Positions 11,020-24,644 of a stretch of 64,000 bases of DNA are shown piece after piece. The notes below the pieces were generated by a model. The model was not told the origin of the DNA, searched no databases, and saw nothing but the letters and a program-made list of their open reading frames with translations. A program made the translations under genes and the position numbers. The stretch's first letter is position 1; each line of letters opens with the position of its first letter. The stretch is from Felis catus (lineage: Eukaryota): contig NC_058368.1 in the NCBI RefSeq assembly GCF_018350175.1, positions 88,600,001-88,664,000 of the forward strand, read 5' to 3'.

Positions 11020-12660
11020 AGTCTTTATTGATATTCTCACTTTTTCTTACATCATTTTCCTCATTCCCTTTAGTTCTTTGTCCAGGGTTTCCTTTAAATT
11101 CATTATACATCTTTTAGACGGTTGATTTAACATCTTTGACAAATAATTCTAATATTTGGTCTTCCTAGAGGATGATTACTTCCAAATTCTTTTATTTTTT
11201 CTGTAAATCAACTGTATTTGCCTGCTTCTTTGTATGTTTTACTATTTTTTTGTTCAAAACTCAACATCTTGAGTGTTGTGTAATTCCAAAAATGTAATCC
11301 TCTCAGCCCTCAGTGATTGCTAGTTCTTGCTTGTGAAGGGTTGGGTTTATCCATTGTGACTTTTCCAAACTTCTTTTTCTTTCTTTTTCTTTTTTTTTTT
11401 TTTTTTGTGAAGTGTCTACTCCTCATTGTATGCAGTAATTGAAGTTTATGTTCTTTTATCTCTGTGATCAGCCAGTGGCCTAAAAAGGATTTTCTTAAGT
11501 GTCTGAATCCCAAAAGAAGGGGGGAAAGTACTGCCTTATAAATCCCCTGGGAGCTTCTTCAGCCTTTGAGGGTTAAAACTGTGGCTTCCAGCCTTTGTGC
11601 TGGCCCCTCAGTGATCAAAAGGAGCATTGGCACTAAGAACACACAATCTAGATGTAGGGAGGGGAAGGTCCTTACTGCCCACCCTGGCTCCAGAAAGCTG
11701 TACCAGGAACAAGTTCAGCTTCCCCCACTGCCTCCTACCAGAAGTATAAGGATTAACACCCCACAAAATGCTGAAATTTGCTAACATTTACCAGCCTCTT
11801 CATCATATTCTTCCCTGGGTGTTGCAAATGTTTGACTGACTCTAGAGTTCCAGAACATTTGATTCAGACAATTCTGCCAGTTCAATAGCTGTTTAGGTGG
11901 AGGAATGGATCTTTAGAGCTTCCTACTCTACCATTTTCTTTCTGTATGTAGGTTTTTATTTCTCTTGAGTAAATATTTGAGAGTGACATGGGAAGTACAT
12001 GTTTAATTTTTAAGAAACTGCCAAACTTCTCTCCAGCATGGTTTCCAAAGTACCATTTTAAACAATCCCACAAACAGTGTATGAGAGCTCAGTTGCTCTG
12101 TATCTTTACCACTGATACGTATGGTCAGACTTTAATTTTAGATATTCTGGTAAGTGTGTAGACATATCCCATTGTCATTTTAATTTGAATTTCCCTAATA
12201 ACTTGTGGCGTTGAACATATTTTCATCTGCTATTTTTTCATCTGCATTTCTTCTTTGGTGAAGGATCTTTTCAATCTTTTGCCCACTTTTACTTTGATTG
12301 TTTTTTTTTTTCCTTAGTATTGAAAGTTGAGACATCTTTATATATTCTGAATGAAAGTCCTTTATCAGATATTTTATTTGGAAATATTTCCCCCAATCTG
12401 TGCTTTGCCTTTTCATTCTTTTCATTATTATTATTTTTAGAGAGTGAGAGAATGAGAGATTGGGGGAGAGAGGCAGAGGTGGAGAAACAGACAGAGAATC
12501 TTAAGCAGGCTCCATGCTCAGTGCAGAACTCAGTGTGGGGCTCATTGCCACGACCCTGGGATCATGACCTGAGCCTAAATCAATAGTTGGACTCTTAACC
12601 ACTAGAGCCGCTGAGGAGTCCTAACCTTTTCATTCTTTTAACATACTTTTCAGTGACTAT
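11020..12660 (-). mobile_element. Old L1 fragments with an embedded SINE (~12425-12622)
   Basis: The minus-strand ORF MKRMKRQSTDWGKYFQ resembles the L1 ORF2 C-terminus; T-rich L1-like sequence. Confidence 0.7.
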
Positions 12661-13007
12661 TCTTAATATCCTATTGATTATTAGCAACATGTAGATTATC
12701 TCATTTACTTACCAGAAAATAGTAGAGGAGCTATTATTGCCGTTTTGCAGGTGAAGAAACTAAGGCTCAGAGTTTTCCACTTTGCCCAAGGTCACGTATT
12801 AGTAAGTGGTGGAACCATAGCTTGAAACTAGGGCCTTGTGAATCCATGGACTGGGCTCTTAACCTCAGTTCTAGATTAACACTCACAGTTTGTTGAGATG
12901 AAGTTTATTTCTGGTAAATGTTTGGCACCATAACTTCTGCCACTAGAATGATGCAAGTCTGCCAAGCCTCTTTCCATGCTCCTGCTTTTCCATCTTCTTT
13001 TCTCAAG

Positions 13008-13155
13008 ACTGGTTGAGGAAATGAAGGAGATGTGTGATGGGCTGGAATTAGAAAATGAGGATGTTTACATGGCCACCACCTTTGGGGAATTCATCCAACT
13101 ATTAGTGAGGAAGCTACAAGGGGACAACAAAGAGAGTGAGTGCATCATTGACTAT
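13008..13155 (+). pseudogene. ALDH1L1: ALDH1L1 pseudo-exon (148 bp)
   Basis: ag|(R)[49 protein letters not shown]|gtgagt. Confidence 0.93.
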
Positions 13156-13884
13156 GTGAGTCCTGGGACCCTCCACATGGGCTTGGCCCTGCAGACCTCT
13201 CAAACACATTGAGATCTGTGGATATCAATGACACTTGGGGAAAACCTGGGCATCCCAGAAGCCAGGGCACTCAAGAGCCCACCTTCAATGTCCCAAAAGC
13301 TCCCTGGTAACCCTGATAGCCTGAGGCTGCCAGCACAGTTAGGCAAACACAATAGAAGAAATTGTTGTCGATGGGACAAATTCTGACCCCCCAAAGGTAT
13401 GAGAGTAGGATATTAAGAAGTGGAATTTACAGAGTACTTCCCTCCCTCTATGTCCTATAGTGTTTTTTTCCCATTAGTTGCCTCCTCGCTGCTGTGGCTC
13501 TGGCCCCTGCCAGATCAGCCTTCCAGGATTCTAGTTTTGCTAGGGATCTGAAACCCTAGTTCTGGGACCACCACTGCCTCATTTGTCCTTCTAGTCTCAC
13601 TAGACTAGTGATGGCAGGGGCTTCCTGCTGTTATCCATCTCTGGTTTGACTCATAACCTCTCAGTTCTTTCATCACCTGTGCAAACAACTGCATGCATTT
13701 AATTCCTTTTGTTGAAATGTCAAAAGAAAGAGAGAAAGGAAGGGAGGTAGGGAGCTAGATGGGAAGAGAAGGAGAGTCGGAGAGAATGAGGAATTGGGAA
13801 CATTTTCCTAATAAGGGAAACAAGTGATCTTATACTTTCAACTTGTATATATGGAAGTGTGATGGTGTAATTGCAAACTTATTT

Positions 13885-14043
13885 TTAATTTTTTTAATGT
13901 TATATTCAATTTTGAGAGAGACAGAGAGTATGTGTGGAGGGACAAAGAGGCAGGGGCAGAGTATCTGAAGTGGGCTCTGTGTTGACCATGGAGAGCCCAA
14001 TGCAGGGCTCAAACTCATAAATCTTGAGATAACCGAAGCACCC
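13885..14043 (-). mobile_element. Carnivore SINE, degenerate
   Basis: T tail, GA-rich segment and gcagggctcaaactca...gcacccc head on the minus strand. Confidence 0.8.
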
Positions 14044-14746
14044 CTGCAAGCTTGTTTTTAAAAGAAACTCTTGAAAAATCATCTTGAGGTGTCTTGGTAG
14101 GCTATGAGCTGTCATAGGAATTAACTTTGGGATACTTTGTTTGGATCAAAAGCTGATGAAGAAAGTGTAGGTGGCCAGGATGGATACCAGGTTGGCCTTA
14201 GGATTGTGGTCAGATGACTGATGAACAGATTTCAGGAGAAGAATGGTGTTTCAAGGATGCCATTCAATCTGGGATTTCAGGTCTACAGGGAAGTGAGCAA
14301 TGGGGTCGGTGTCATGTCTGGTGACTCACAAGTGTCTGTCTGCCAACTGGCACTTCCTACTTGCAGAGGCCTAGCAACCAGTCTGAGATCACACAGCGGG
14401 TAAGTGGCAGGACAGGGGTTGCAACCTAAGCAGCCTGATCTCAGATTCCATGCTCATCATCGCTTCTTATTGCTCAGCTGCCACCACTGCCCACATAACA
14501 GCTCCTTGGGCTAAGGAGGGCAGCAGGACTGGATTTGGCTGAAGAGACCTGAGAAGGCCAAGGGGCCTTGAGCCCTGGCCCCTTGGCTCTGCTTGTGTGC
14601 GTGCATGTGCGTGCGCACGCGTGTGTATGAGTGGTTATCTATCTGTCTGTGTTTCCTGTGTCTCTCTGTGGGTTCATTATCTGTCACTAATGCACCTTGT
14701 GAAGACTCCACACTGCAGTGAATCCGTGCAAAAATTCCCTTCCCAG

Positions 14747-14864
14747 GTGGAAAGGGCGGTGAACCAGCTGACCATCCAAATGCCCACAGCTCTTCATTGG
14801 GGGTGTGTTTGTGGATGCTGAGGGTGCCAAGACCTATGAGACTGTCAACTCAACAGCTGGAAGT
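14747..14864 (+). pseudogene. ALDH1L1: ALDH1L1 pseudo-exon (118 bp, 2-bp deletion)
   Basis: [13 protein letters not shown] / frameshift / [26 protein letters not shown]|gtgagt. Confidence 0.9.
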
Positions 14865-15298
14865 GTGAGTGCACTTCCTGCACTCCCTCCTGCTCTCCCT
14901 CCACCTTCCTCCTCCAAGGCCTCCTCTCTCATCTACTCCTCCACCTGGTGTCTGGGGATCCTGGCTTAGGGGGCCTCTACTTGCACACAGAATGGTTGCA
15001 GTAAGTCTTGAGTCCTCCCTGCAGGAATGGCCCAGAGGGGAGCTGGATCTGGGAGGCAGGAGGATTCCTAAGGTCTGGAGCCTGCTTCAGAGACTAGGAC
15101 CAGAGCTAACATCCCCCATGGAAGAAATGAAGCCATTCCCTCCCCCTCCACATGTCAACAATAACCTCAGCATGGGTCTTACCTTCTTGAATATGTGACA
15201 CTCCACTGTTGGGAATTCTTCCTTGATTCCTATGTTTGTCAGACTTTCTTGACCTTGACCCTTTTATGTCATGACCTAGTATGCACATATTGTATTCT

Positions 15299-15302
<4 letters not shown>

Positions 15303-15337
<35 letters not shown>
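15303..15337. repeat. (CA)n microsatellite
   Basis: Read directly. Confidence 0.95.
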
Positions 15338-15339
<2 letters not shown>

Positions 15340-16191
15340 GGAACAACACTTACTCCTACAGGTGCATACTTAGTCTCCATTCTGCCCTACCTATAGCATC
15401 CCTGAGGGACTCTGGAAAGCATATAGCACACTCAACTGGGTCAACTGAAGGGAGTATAAAGAAAATAATTGACAAAGGGGTAGACCGGGTGTGGGGACAC
15501 AGACAAGGGATGCAGTGCCCTCAGGCAGAAACATGAGCTATTACTACCTTGAGGGGCCTGTTTGGGGAATCCCAGAAGGAAAGCCATCTGGACAGGTTTG
15601 CCTGGGTGCTGTGCCTTTGGGCAAGGTTGCCTGGGTGCTGGGCCCTTGGGCAGGGAGGGTGTACCATGCCTGTGGTATCCAGCAGGGTCCTGGCCTTGCA
15701 CCTCCCACTTCTCTCTCCTCCTGACTTTCCTTTGGTCAAGCCCAGGTGTCGGTAGGTATAGGAGCCTGCATTGTAGTGCACGTGGGTACTCTTAGACACA
15801 GAGCAAGGATGGGGGACAGGAATGGCCCTGTCACCTTCAACATGTAGACTATTTCACTTAAGAAATAGACTTTCTTCCTAGGACTTACCAAATGAACCAT
15901 CTTCTGCTCTTGGTTTGACAATTTAAGCTAATCCTCAGCCTCAAAGCTGCAGCCTGAGTCTGTTTGCCTTTTTGGGCTCAGCGGGCAAGTGAAAAGAAGG
16001 GTCCTGGAATGGAGAAACGTGAACAAGCCTTTTTGAAGGTCCCTGCCTTTCCTCATTGTGCACACCCTTCCAGGGCCCTCCTGTTCACCTGTTGTCCCCA
16101 CTGAGCCCACCAAGTTGGCCAGGGAGCAGCAACTTGAGGCATCTGTGTACACAGAGTCCAGGGAGGGCTTCGTGGCACTGTTCTACCACGG

Positions 16192-16319
16192 GTCATCTGC
16201 TAGGTGTCCCTGGCCCAGGTCAGCGATATTGACAAGGCAGTGGCTGCCACTAAGGATGCTTTTGAGATTGGATTGTGGGGAAAGATCAGTTCACAGGATT
16301 GAGGCCAGCTCCTGTACAT
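16192..16319 (+). pseudogene. ALDH1L1: ALDH1L1 pseudo-exon (128 bp; acceptor mutated, two stops)
   Basis: cacgg|[40 protein letters not shown]|gtgaga; TAG at 16201 and TGA at 16300. Confidence 0.92.
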
Positions 16320-19300
16320 GTGAGAGCCCCACAACCTCCTGTCAGCTACCCCACCTTTTGTTTAGGTTGGAACTGCATGCTTGGGTTCTGCCAGGAGTAA
16401 GTTGGGGTCTGAGACTCAGAAAAGGCTTCTCAGAGGAAGTGACGTGAGACGCAGAAGGGATTTCACAAGACACAAGTAGCCTTAAGGTAAATAGTCCTCA
16501 GTGGAGGGAACAGTGTGATTAATGATGAGGAGGCACAAAAGTGGAGATGCTAATTACATGGGAGCAGTAAACTGGCAAAGGTAACAGATAGTCCTGGGCA
16601 GTCTCAGACATGTTCACCACTTCCCTGAGTGGACTGGACCAGAGGAGAGATGAGGCCTATTTTATATAGAAGCCAGCGACAGAAGCACGGGGTCTGTTCT
16701 TCCTGGTGGTCCTTGCTCAGATCTCCCTGACTGCTGGAATCTTACATTTTCCTTGTTTTCTAAAACCAGGGAAGAAGGGTCTCTCTCCCCTTAGCTCCAT
16801 CAGAACTATTAAGGAAGGATGTAGAGTTGATCCACTTATGACTATGGTTTGGGAGTGCGGCCTGGAGGAGACATACTATTCCCCTAGAACTAGGTGGTCC
16901 CAGTGGGGGAGGAGCAGTTGCCCCCCCCCCCCAAGGAAGTGGTGTGGTGTTTTCAGAAGGGAGGGTGCTGCGCAGATGAACTAAACAGTGTCAAAAAGTC
17001 TAGTGAACAAGCCAATTTCAGGAACCTGACTTTTATGCTCTGGGTCCTGGGGAAGCTATCAGGCAGAGAGGCTGGTCATGATGTGTTCCAAATGTACTTG
17101 TCATCTGGTGGGAGAGAGGCTCCATCTTGGCCTTGCAGTCAGAATGTCATTTTTTTTTCCTATTCAGAGACCAGAAACACCAGGACAGCCTCCAGCACAG
17201 GAAACCATAGAGAGGGGCCTGTCTATTTTCAAAATGGAATAGAGATGGTACAGGTTGGGGCAGGCAAGGGTGCACCCAGTCTGCTCTAACTCAAGTTAGT
17301 TTCAAGACCCCTTGAAGAGCCTATCAATTTTAGGAAGCCATTGCCTAGTGACCTAGTGCTCCCAGAGTAGGCAAAACTGAAACATCCAAGCCCAGGCTGG
17401 TGATGCTGAGAGGAGCCTTCTGGCCCTGAAGCAGGGACTCCAGAGGTAGATGTTTGCAGACCCAAGAGTGTGTCCCTTGAGCAGTTCTGCTGGCGTCTAG
17501 TGGCATGTGTCATAATAACACCACCAGCAACATGATAGTGAAGGGTTGAGTTCCTGCACAGTTCTAAGTAGAGACATGGACAGCTTTGACAGACATCGCA
17601 AGCCTAGACCTGAGAGCTCCTAGGAACCTGGTCCTGCCTCATGCAACCCTCCCAGTCCCCATGGTGGAGGTTCGCCCATTGCTGGCTCAGGAGGGAGCAG
17701 CCCCTGGTTCAACAAGGAAAATAGGACCACCACGGATACATGTTATAGAATACAGAATACATTATAGGGTTGAGACATTATGCAATTGTGGGAGACACTA
17801 GGAAGAAAGATCCAGAAAAGAGCGTTAGAGAAAGTCACTAGACAGGCCCCAAGAACCACTGAGGGAGAAGATAGAGCCTCTCGGGAACCTAGAGACCAGT
17901 GTCCACAGCTGCCAGAGTGGGGCCACCAAGAGTTGGTGGCGGAGTCTGTAGGAAACTTTCACCTTTTGTTCAGACACTTCCTTAGGTCCACAGACAAGAA
18001 TCTGGTGGTGGCCCAGGCTGCTGGGAGTGAGGCTGAGCCTGTGTGGCACCCCACACTTGCCCTTCCTCATGGCTGTCCTGAGGACCTCTGGGATGAAGGT
18101 GGTTGCTTCACTGCCTTCCCTCCTGGTGCTTTCTGGGGACAGGATGCAGGAGGCAGAGGTACACCTCAACAAAGTTGACAATGAACAATCCCACTCAGTT
18201 CTCCTTCCCGAGCCTCCCAAATGGCATGCTCAGGTGATAGTTACTTCAGGGCTTTATGACATGGCCACATCACATGCAGGTGACATTGTCTGGCAGAATT
18301 AGAGGTATTTGGGGCTGATCGAGGGAAAAGATAGGACTATGAGAAGTAGAAAACAGGCTTCAGGAGGCAACACTCCCATAGTGGGAGACGCTCCAGAGAC
18401 TGTAGTGTGGTGGTCTCTACTCAGAATGGGAAGGGTGTAAAGGAACTTTCGGAGGTTGCGTGATCAGAGAGGGGGTGCTCCCAAGTCCTGGCAATGTTGT
18501 TCAGCATCAGAGCAGGGATCTTTGGATCAGAGGGCTGGGAAGGCAGCAGCTGCAGCTGTAAGTGAATAGTCGGTCTCTCCATTGATAATAGCTGTCAAGT
18601 GGGGGATGCAATGCAAGATGACTTTAAATAGCTAAATTCTGCTTGTTTGGGCTACATTTAAAATAATTGGAGACATAAATGTGTATCCAGCAAGCTTTTA
18701 AGCTGACAGGTCTCACCCTGCAGTCAAGACTTGAACAACTAGAGGCCAATACACAAAGACCAACTTTGGCTTGTTTATAATACAGATTTATACCTGTGAC
18801 ACATCTGTTTTTCTAGTTGATACAACCCTAGTCTTTGAAATGCCACAACATGGCATTTTCGTTATTTGGTCTATAATGCTTCTAAAAAAGTGGCTTACAC
18901 CTTTGCTATTCTTAACTAGAAAGTTACCTGGGTGTGTCACTGTGTCTGAGGTAACCGTGTGGCTATGCCACTAGATTGCTTGTGTCTGTTCCGCCCACAG
19001 TTTCACTCACAAGTCTTATGCTACATACTGACTGTGTGCCCAGTGGGTGTAGGAGGTCCAGTAGGGAGCAGACCAAATCCTGTCCCAGGCCTCAGGGAGA
19101 GGCAAATAGTACTGGAATACTCAACTAAGTGAATATCTGTAACAGTCATGCAAGGTTTGAAGAAAGGTAGAGGATGCTATCAGGACACTGGAGGGATATG
19201 TGATTGGTGTAGAGAGGGCAGGAATTCCGGTTGGCTTCCCAGGGAGTGGGAGTGTGTACTTGGGGTGTTTAGGCCATGCCATGGCTGAATGCAGAGAGGA

Positions 19301-20064
19301 GCTGGTCAGCAGTCTTTCGTCCCAGACTTATCTCTGGGCCAGAGCTCCCCCATGTACAAGTTTGAGAGCCACTCTGGGTCTGTGGCCTCCACCTTCCTCT
19401 GGATACCCTGTACCCTGGGCACTCTGCTCTTTGGGCTCTTTTATATCAAAGAAGGGGGCACAGTCCTAACTCCCAGGCTGCCCACAGCAGCACACCCACC
19501 AGAATCACAGGAGGGCAACTGGATTTCAGAGAGCTCACACTTCAGGAGGGCTGTGTAGATGAACCTTCCCTTGAATCTTCTCCTATCATCCCCCTCTCCC
19601 TCGCCACGGATGACATCCTTGGGGCACATTTCACTGGATCTGCTGGTGCTTGTAGCTGGTCAAGCATGTAGCTGGACATGCTTTCCCCTGGTCACTGCTG
19701 TCCATAGACAGAGAAGGCGGCCTTTTTGGATGGTGACCTCCTTATTACAGAGGCAGAAGGACTGCTTTGCAGAATCATGTGTGTTATTATAAAGTAGTAA
19801 ATGCATCCATGTTTTACAAAGGGATAAAGTAAAAGAGAAGAGAGCAGATATGGACAGAATGGCATCATCCTCATGCCCATCCAGCAAAGTAAACCTTACT
19901 GTCCCATTTCATAGATCAGGAAACTGAGGTCAGCACCTCTGAGTGTGGCAGAGCTGGCTGTACAGGCCAGAGCCCCTTGTTCATTGAAGTAGGGCCCTGA
20001 AAGAATAGGCAAGGCTGGTCCCAACCTGAGCCCATCTCCTTCCCCTCCCACACCCCTTGGCCAG

Positions 20065-20215
20065 GTTGGCGGACCTCATGGAACAGCATCAGGAAGAACT
20101 GGCCACCATCAAGGCTCTGGATGCAGGCACTGCCTTCACACTGGCTCTGAAGACCCATGTGGGCATGTCCATCCAGATCTTCGACTGCTTTGCTGGCTGG
20201 TGTGACAAAATTCAG
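20065..20215 (+). pseudogene. ALDH1L1: ALDH1L1 pseudo-exon (151 bp)
   Basis: ag|[50 protein letters not shown]|gt. Confidence 0.94.
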
Positions 20216-20289
20216 GTGGGGCTGAGGCTCTTGCCCACCAAGTGAGAGCTCACACAGGCAGGCTCCGCTCAGCAGGAAACTCTAGGGCA

Positions 20290-20850
20290 GGGTGTTAGCC
20301 TACACGCTACATAAGAAATGACCCCAGTTTATTGGTTTAAAACAACCATCAGCTCACATTTCTGCAGATGGAAGTCCAGGCAGGCTTGGCTGGGCTCCAT
20401 GCCAGGATTTCACAAGGTCAGTGTCAAGGTGTAGTCAGGCTGGCCTTTATATGGAGCTCTGGGGAAACCCTGCCTGCAGGCCTGTTCAGGTGTTGGCAGA
20501 ACTCAGCTCCTGTTGTTGTAGGACTGAAGGTCCAGGTCCTTGCTGGCTGCTGGCTGAGGCTAATGCAGTCTGGCCTCCCTCTGGTACCCCACTCCCCTTG
20601 CCTTTCTCAGGCTTGGCATCCTTCAGATTCTCTTAAACTGGGGAAAACTCTGCCTTTATGGAGGCTCCCGAGGTCATGCTGGGGTCATTTGCATCATCTC
20701 CCTATCCTAAGGTCAACTGTGCCATTCTGCATCTTTGCAGAAGGGGTAGCTCACCACCTCCTGCATCCCAGCGATCAGGATGTGACTTTGGGAGCCATTT
20801 CCAGAGGTTTGCCCACCAGAGGCAGGGATGGGTCAACCCTTCTCTAGAGA
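20290..20850 (-). mobile_element. MaLR (MLT1-type) LTR
   Basis: Motifs ggtttaaaacaac...ctcacatttctgcagatggaagtcc and a terminal tgcccacca resemble MLT1 in reverse. Confidence 0.6.
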
Positions 20851-21366
20851 TACCCATCACCAACAGGTTCATTGGGGTCTCTGCCAGAAATGGGCTCCAC
20901 GCCTCTTATCCTCTCCATGGGGCTGAGAGGTGCAGGTGTGATGGCAAGCCCACCTTCTGCTCCTCCTTCTGCTGCATCACTGTTGGCTAGAGCTGGCCCA
21001 CCTGGGGCCTCCTGGGCCGGCACAGCCTCCAGAGATAATGTGGCTCCCCACCTCCTCCCTTGTCTGCCCCAGTTTCAAAGCCAGAGGGCTTACCTGTACT
21101 TGGACCAGCTTCTTGTCTGAGGATTCAGCCAGGCTAGGTACCGGAGGCACCTTGCCCCTGATGGCTGCCTGCTCCATCTGTACCCGAAGTCCCCTGTCAT
21201 TCCCAGTCTGGAAGGTTTGGGTCTTCTACCTGTCTTGGTCATGGGGGTTTCAGGATGCAGATAAGATCCTGTTCCTTTCTGAGCCCAAGCACAGTCTGGC
21301 TGCCCAGGGGGAAGGGGGAAGGAAACAATGGAGTCCCCTACCAGTGACTCCCCTTGCTTCTTCCAG

Positions 21367-21436
21367 GGCTCCACCATCCCCATCAACCAGGCCAGAGCAA
21401 GCTGCAACCTACCTTGACCAGGAAGGAGCCTGTTGG
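21367..21436 (+). pseudogene. ALDH1L1: ALDH1L1 pseudo-exon (70 bp, 1-bp deletion)
   Basis: ag|GSTIPINQARASCN / frameshift / TLTRKEPVG|gtgagt. Confidence 0.9.
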
Positions 21437-23059
21437 GTGAGTCACAGTGCAGGGTGAAAACTCGTGACATACTACGCACTTTTCGCGTGATTCATAGTGT
21501 GAGTGCTCATCCCCTTTTTACACATCTATCAAACGCTATTTATTCACCAATTACTACATGCCATCCATTTCAGGTGCGGGATATACAACAATGATAAAAC
21601 TGATGGCAATGCCTGCCCTCAGGGGACTTATATTCTAGCAAATAAAACAGCTTTCACATTTAAAGTACCTGCTCTGTGCCAAGCACTGTTTCAATGACCT
21701 TATAAGTATAATTTTACTAAATCCTCACAATAGCCGTGTACCATCAGTGTCATAGTGGGAAACAGGGGGTACACCTGAAAAATTTTCCCTGCAAAGATTA
21801 TAATAATGAATATGCAGAAAATTAAGAACTACAGGGCACCAAGGAGTAGGGTAAAAATAATAGAGAAATAGACAAAGGATAGGAACTAGTGCTCAACAGG
21901 AGACAAACACCTGTCCAATCAACGTAGAAAGGACTAGGAACTGAGGAAATGATGTAAACCCAGACGTGAGGGGCCGTGCCTCACCATCAGATGGTCCCAA
22001 GGCCTAGGGAGAGAGAAGCCTCCTCACACTGCCTGTGGGAGGTCGGGAGGCAGAGGGTCCACCTTCGTGAAAGGCAACTTGGCAGTGACTGTTCAGCCTC
22101 CAAATGTACCCTGCCACAAGCACAACTATGGTGGCTCACTGGCACAGGTGCTCAAGGAGATGAGCCCAAGAGCACTCAGAGCAGCTGTGCTGGGGCCTTG
22201 ACAGCAAAACCCTGCACAACCCACGCTGAACTCTGTGGCCTCCTAACCAGGGCTTGGCATGTGGCTGTGTGAAGGCGTGGGACAGAGCTATGGGGACCAC
22301 ACGGAACAGCTCCAGGAGAAACTTGTGTGAGGGAAGCACACTGACGAATGCCTTCTAAAATCACCAAATGTGTACCAGAGGTCCAGTGTGGTCAGCACCC
22401 AGCAGGCATTCCCACCTACCCTGTGCCCCTTACAACGTGGGGCCTCTTGGATCCACCACCAGGGACCTCACATCCCTGTGGATGGTGGTCAAGGGCACTC
22501 AGCTTCTTTGGGAATGTGGGCGGGGGGGGGGTGTCAGAAGGAGAATGTGTTCAGATGTCATTGGCATTGACAGAAATGAGTACAGAGGAACACACCAGGT
22601 CCTCAAGGACAGGGCTGCTGGTGAGGGCAGCCCCTGTTGGGAGAGTGGGCTGTGGATATAGGAAAACCCTGTCCTGTAGCCCCCAGAGAAGGGGAAGCCT
22701 GGGAGGGAAGTCGCACTGACTCCAGGGCAGGGGTTCCCAGCCAGCCTGTCCCCCAGAGGACACAATATGTAGACCGTGCCCCAGGACAGGCCCCCACAAC
22801 AAGGAACTCCCCTGCCAAGGTGTCAGAGTGTAGAGTGAGAGCCCTGCATAGCCCATGTGCTTGGAGCCCCTTCCTTGGGCACAGGCCTTGAGAAGGGCTG
22901 GGCAGGGAGACCAGGGCCCACCTGGCTGCCAGTCACAGGAATCTGCATGGCCACTGCTCTTCCAGATGCTTCCCAAGGAGTCTGTCCCCATCAGACTGAG
23001 GAGGACACTAATGCAGAGCCTCCCAGGGAGTTGAGGGACTGGGAAAGTTGTCCCTATAT

Positions 23060-23495
23060 GGGTGGGTTTATGAGTCTGCTAGAGCTGCCATAACAAAGTA
23101 CTGAAACTAAGAGACTCAAGCAGCACACATTTGTTGCCTCAGCATTCTGGGGCTGGAAGTTCCAGATTCAGTTGTCAGAGTGTTGGTTTCTTCTGAGGGG
23201 ATGAGGGAGAATCTGCTCCAGGCGTCTCCCCCAGCTTCTGGTGGCTTACCGGCAATCTTGGGTGTTCCCCGATCTCTGCCCTCATGTTCACTTGGTGTCC
23301 TCCTTGCGCATGTCTGTCTGTTCACATGGCTCTGTTTTTTGAAGGACATCAGTCCTATTGGGTTAGGTACACACCCTATTTCAGTATGACCTCATCTTAC
23401 CTAATTACATCTGGGATGGCCCAATTTCCGAATAAGGATGTTCTGGAGTTAGGATTTCAACTGTGAATTGTGGGGAGTACAGTTCAGCCGTGACA
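23060..23495 (-). mobile_element. MaLR (MLT1-type) LTR
   Basis: ctagagctgccataacaaagtac...ttctggggctggaagt...gagaatctgctccaggc...ctcatcttacctaattacatctg...ttcagccgtgaca. Confidence 0.75.
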
Positions 23496-24543
23496 GTGGG
23501 ACTTCCTGACGTCTTTTCTCCTTTGGAGCCCCCACAACCCTGATGACCTCCCCCTCTTCCCTGGATACACTCACCGTGCTCCCTCCACCTTCTCATCCTG
23601 TTGGGTCTGCTGGGTGTACATGGGGTGGGGAGTGGCTCTCCAAACCCCTGAGTGCACCCTGTTGTTCCCAGATGGTGTGCTGGTCCCCAGATTATCCTGA
23701 CCTCAGCCTTCACACACGCTCTTCCCCTTTCCTGGGTTCAGCTAAGTCCTCTTTAGGGAAACATTCTGTGGTGATGATGATCATGAATATGGTGAAGAAA
23801 ACAAGTTAGGTAGCCTGAGCAACTCTGCGTGGACCGGCTTATTAATTGTCTGACATGGACGAAGACTCTGCCCTGTGTTTTACAGGAGTCAGGGCAAAGC
23901 AGGGCCTCATGCCTGCTGGGACCACATGTGTCATCATTAGGCCCCCCGCTACCATTAGGGGTCTCCCTTTGATGGAGACACTGCTCAGCCAGAGGCTTCC
24001 TCTGGGACAAAGGGGCACACTGATGCTGGGTACCATCTCTTAATGCAAAGCAGACAAGCCTTATTAGGCCTCCCCATGTGACTGATTCCTTCTCTCCATG
24101 GGACTGCACCCTGGCCTCACACCCAAGAGGACCCTCACTGGCTTCCTTCTGGCCCAACCATGTGATCCCAACTCTCTACCATACTCTCTCTGCCCACCTG
24201 GGTGATCCCTGGCCTTCTCCCTGCCCCTGCCTGCTGTCAACTCTTACACTGCCTGGTGTCATGCCCTACTGGACTGTCCTTAGACAGGTCTGACAGTTCT
24301 GATGAGAAACCATGTTCCCTGGCATTGTGCCCTGCCAGGAAGAGGGGTTATTGCCACGCTTGACATACTGCCTCATCAGGGACTGGAAGGGCAGGGGTGA
24401 GCTGTCTCAGGGGGACCTTGGGCACCATATCACGATGCTTGGAGTGGAATGGGTGTCAGGCTTGGGGAGAGGAAGCAGTTGGCAGGTGCAGTCTGGCACC
24501 CAGACTGAGTGGAGAGACGCAGACCCACTTCTTTGCACCACAG

Positions 24544-24644
24544 GGTCTGTCATCATCCCCTGAATCTACCCCCTGATGATGCTTTCCTGGAAGATGGCTG
24601 CCTGCCTGGCTGCTGGGAACACAGTGGTGATCAAGCCTGCCCAG
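24544..24644 (+). pseudogene. ALDH1L1: ALDH1L1 pseudo-exon (101 bp; 5-bp deletion and a stop in the PWNYP motif)
   Basis: VC / deletion / [30 protein letters not shown]|gt; TGA at 24561-24563. Confidence 0.92.
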
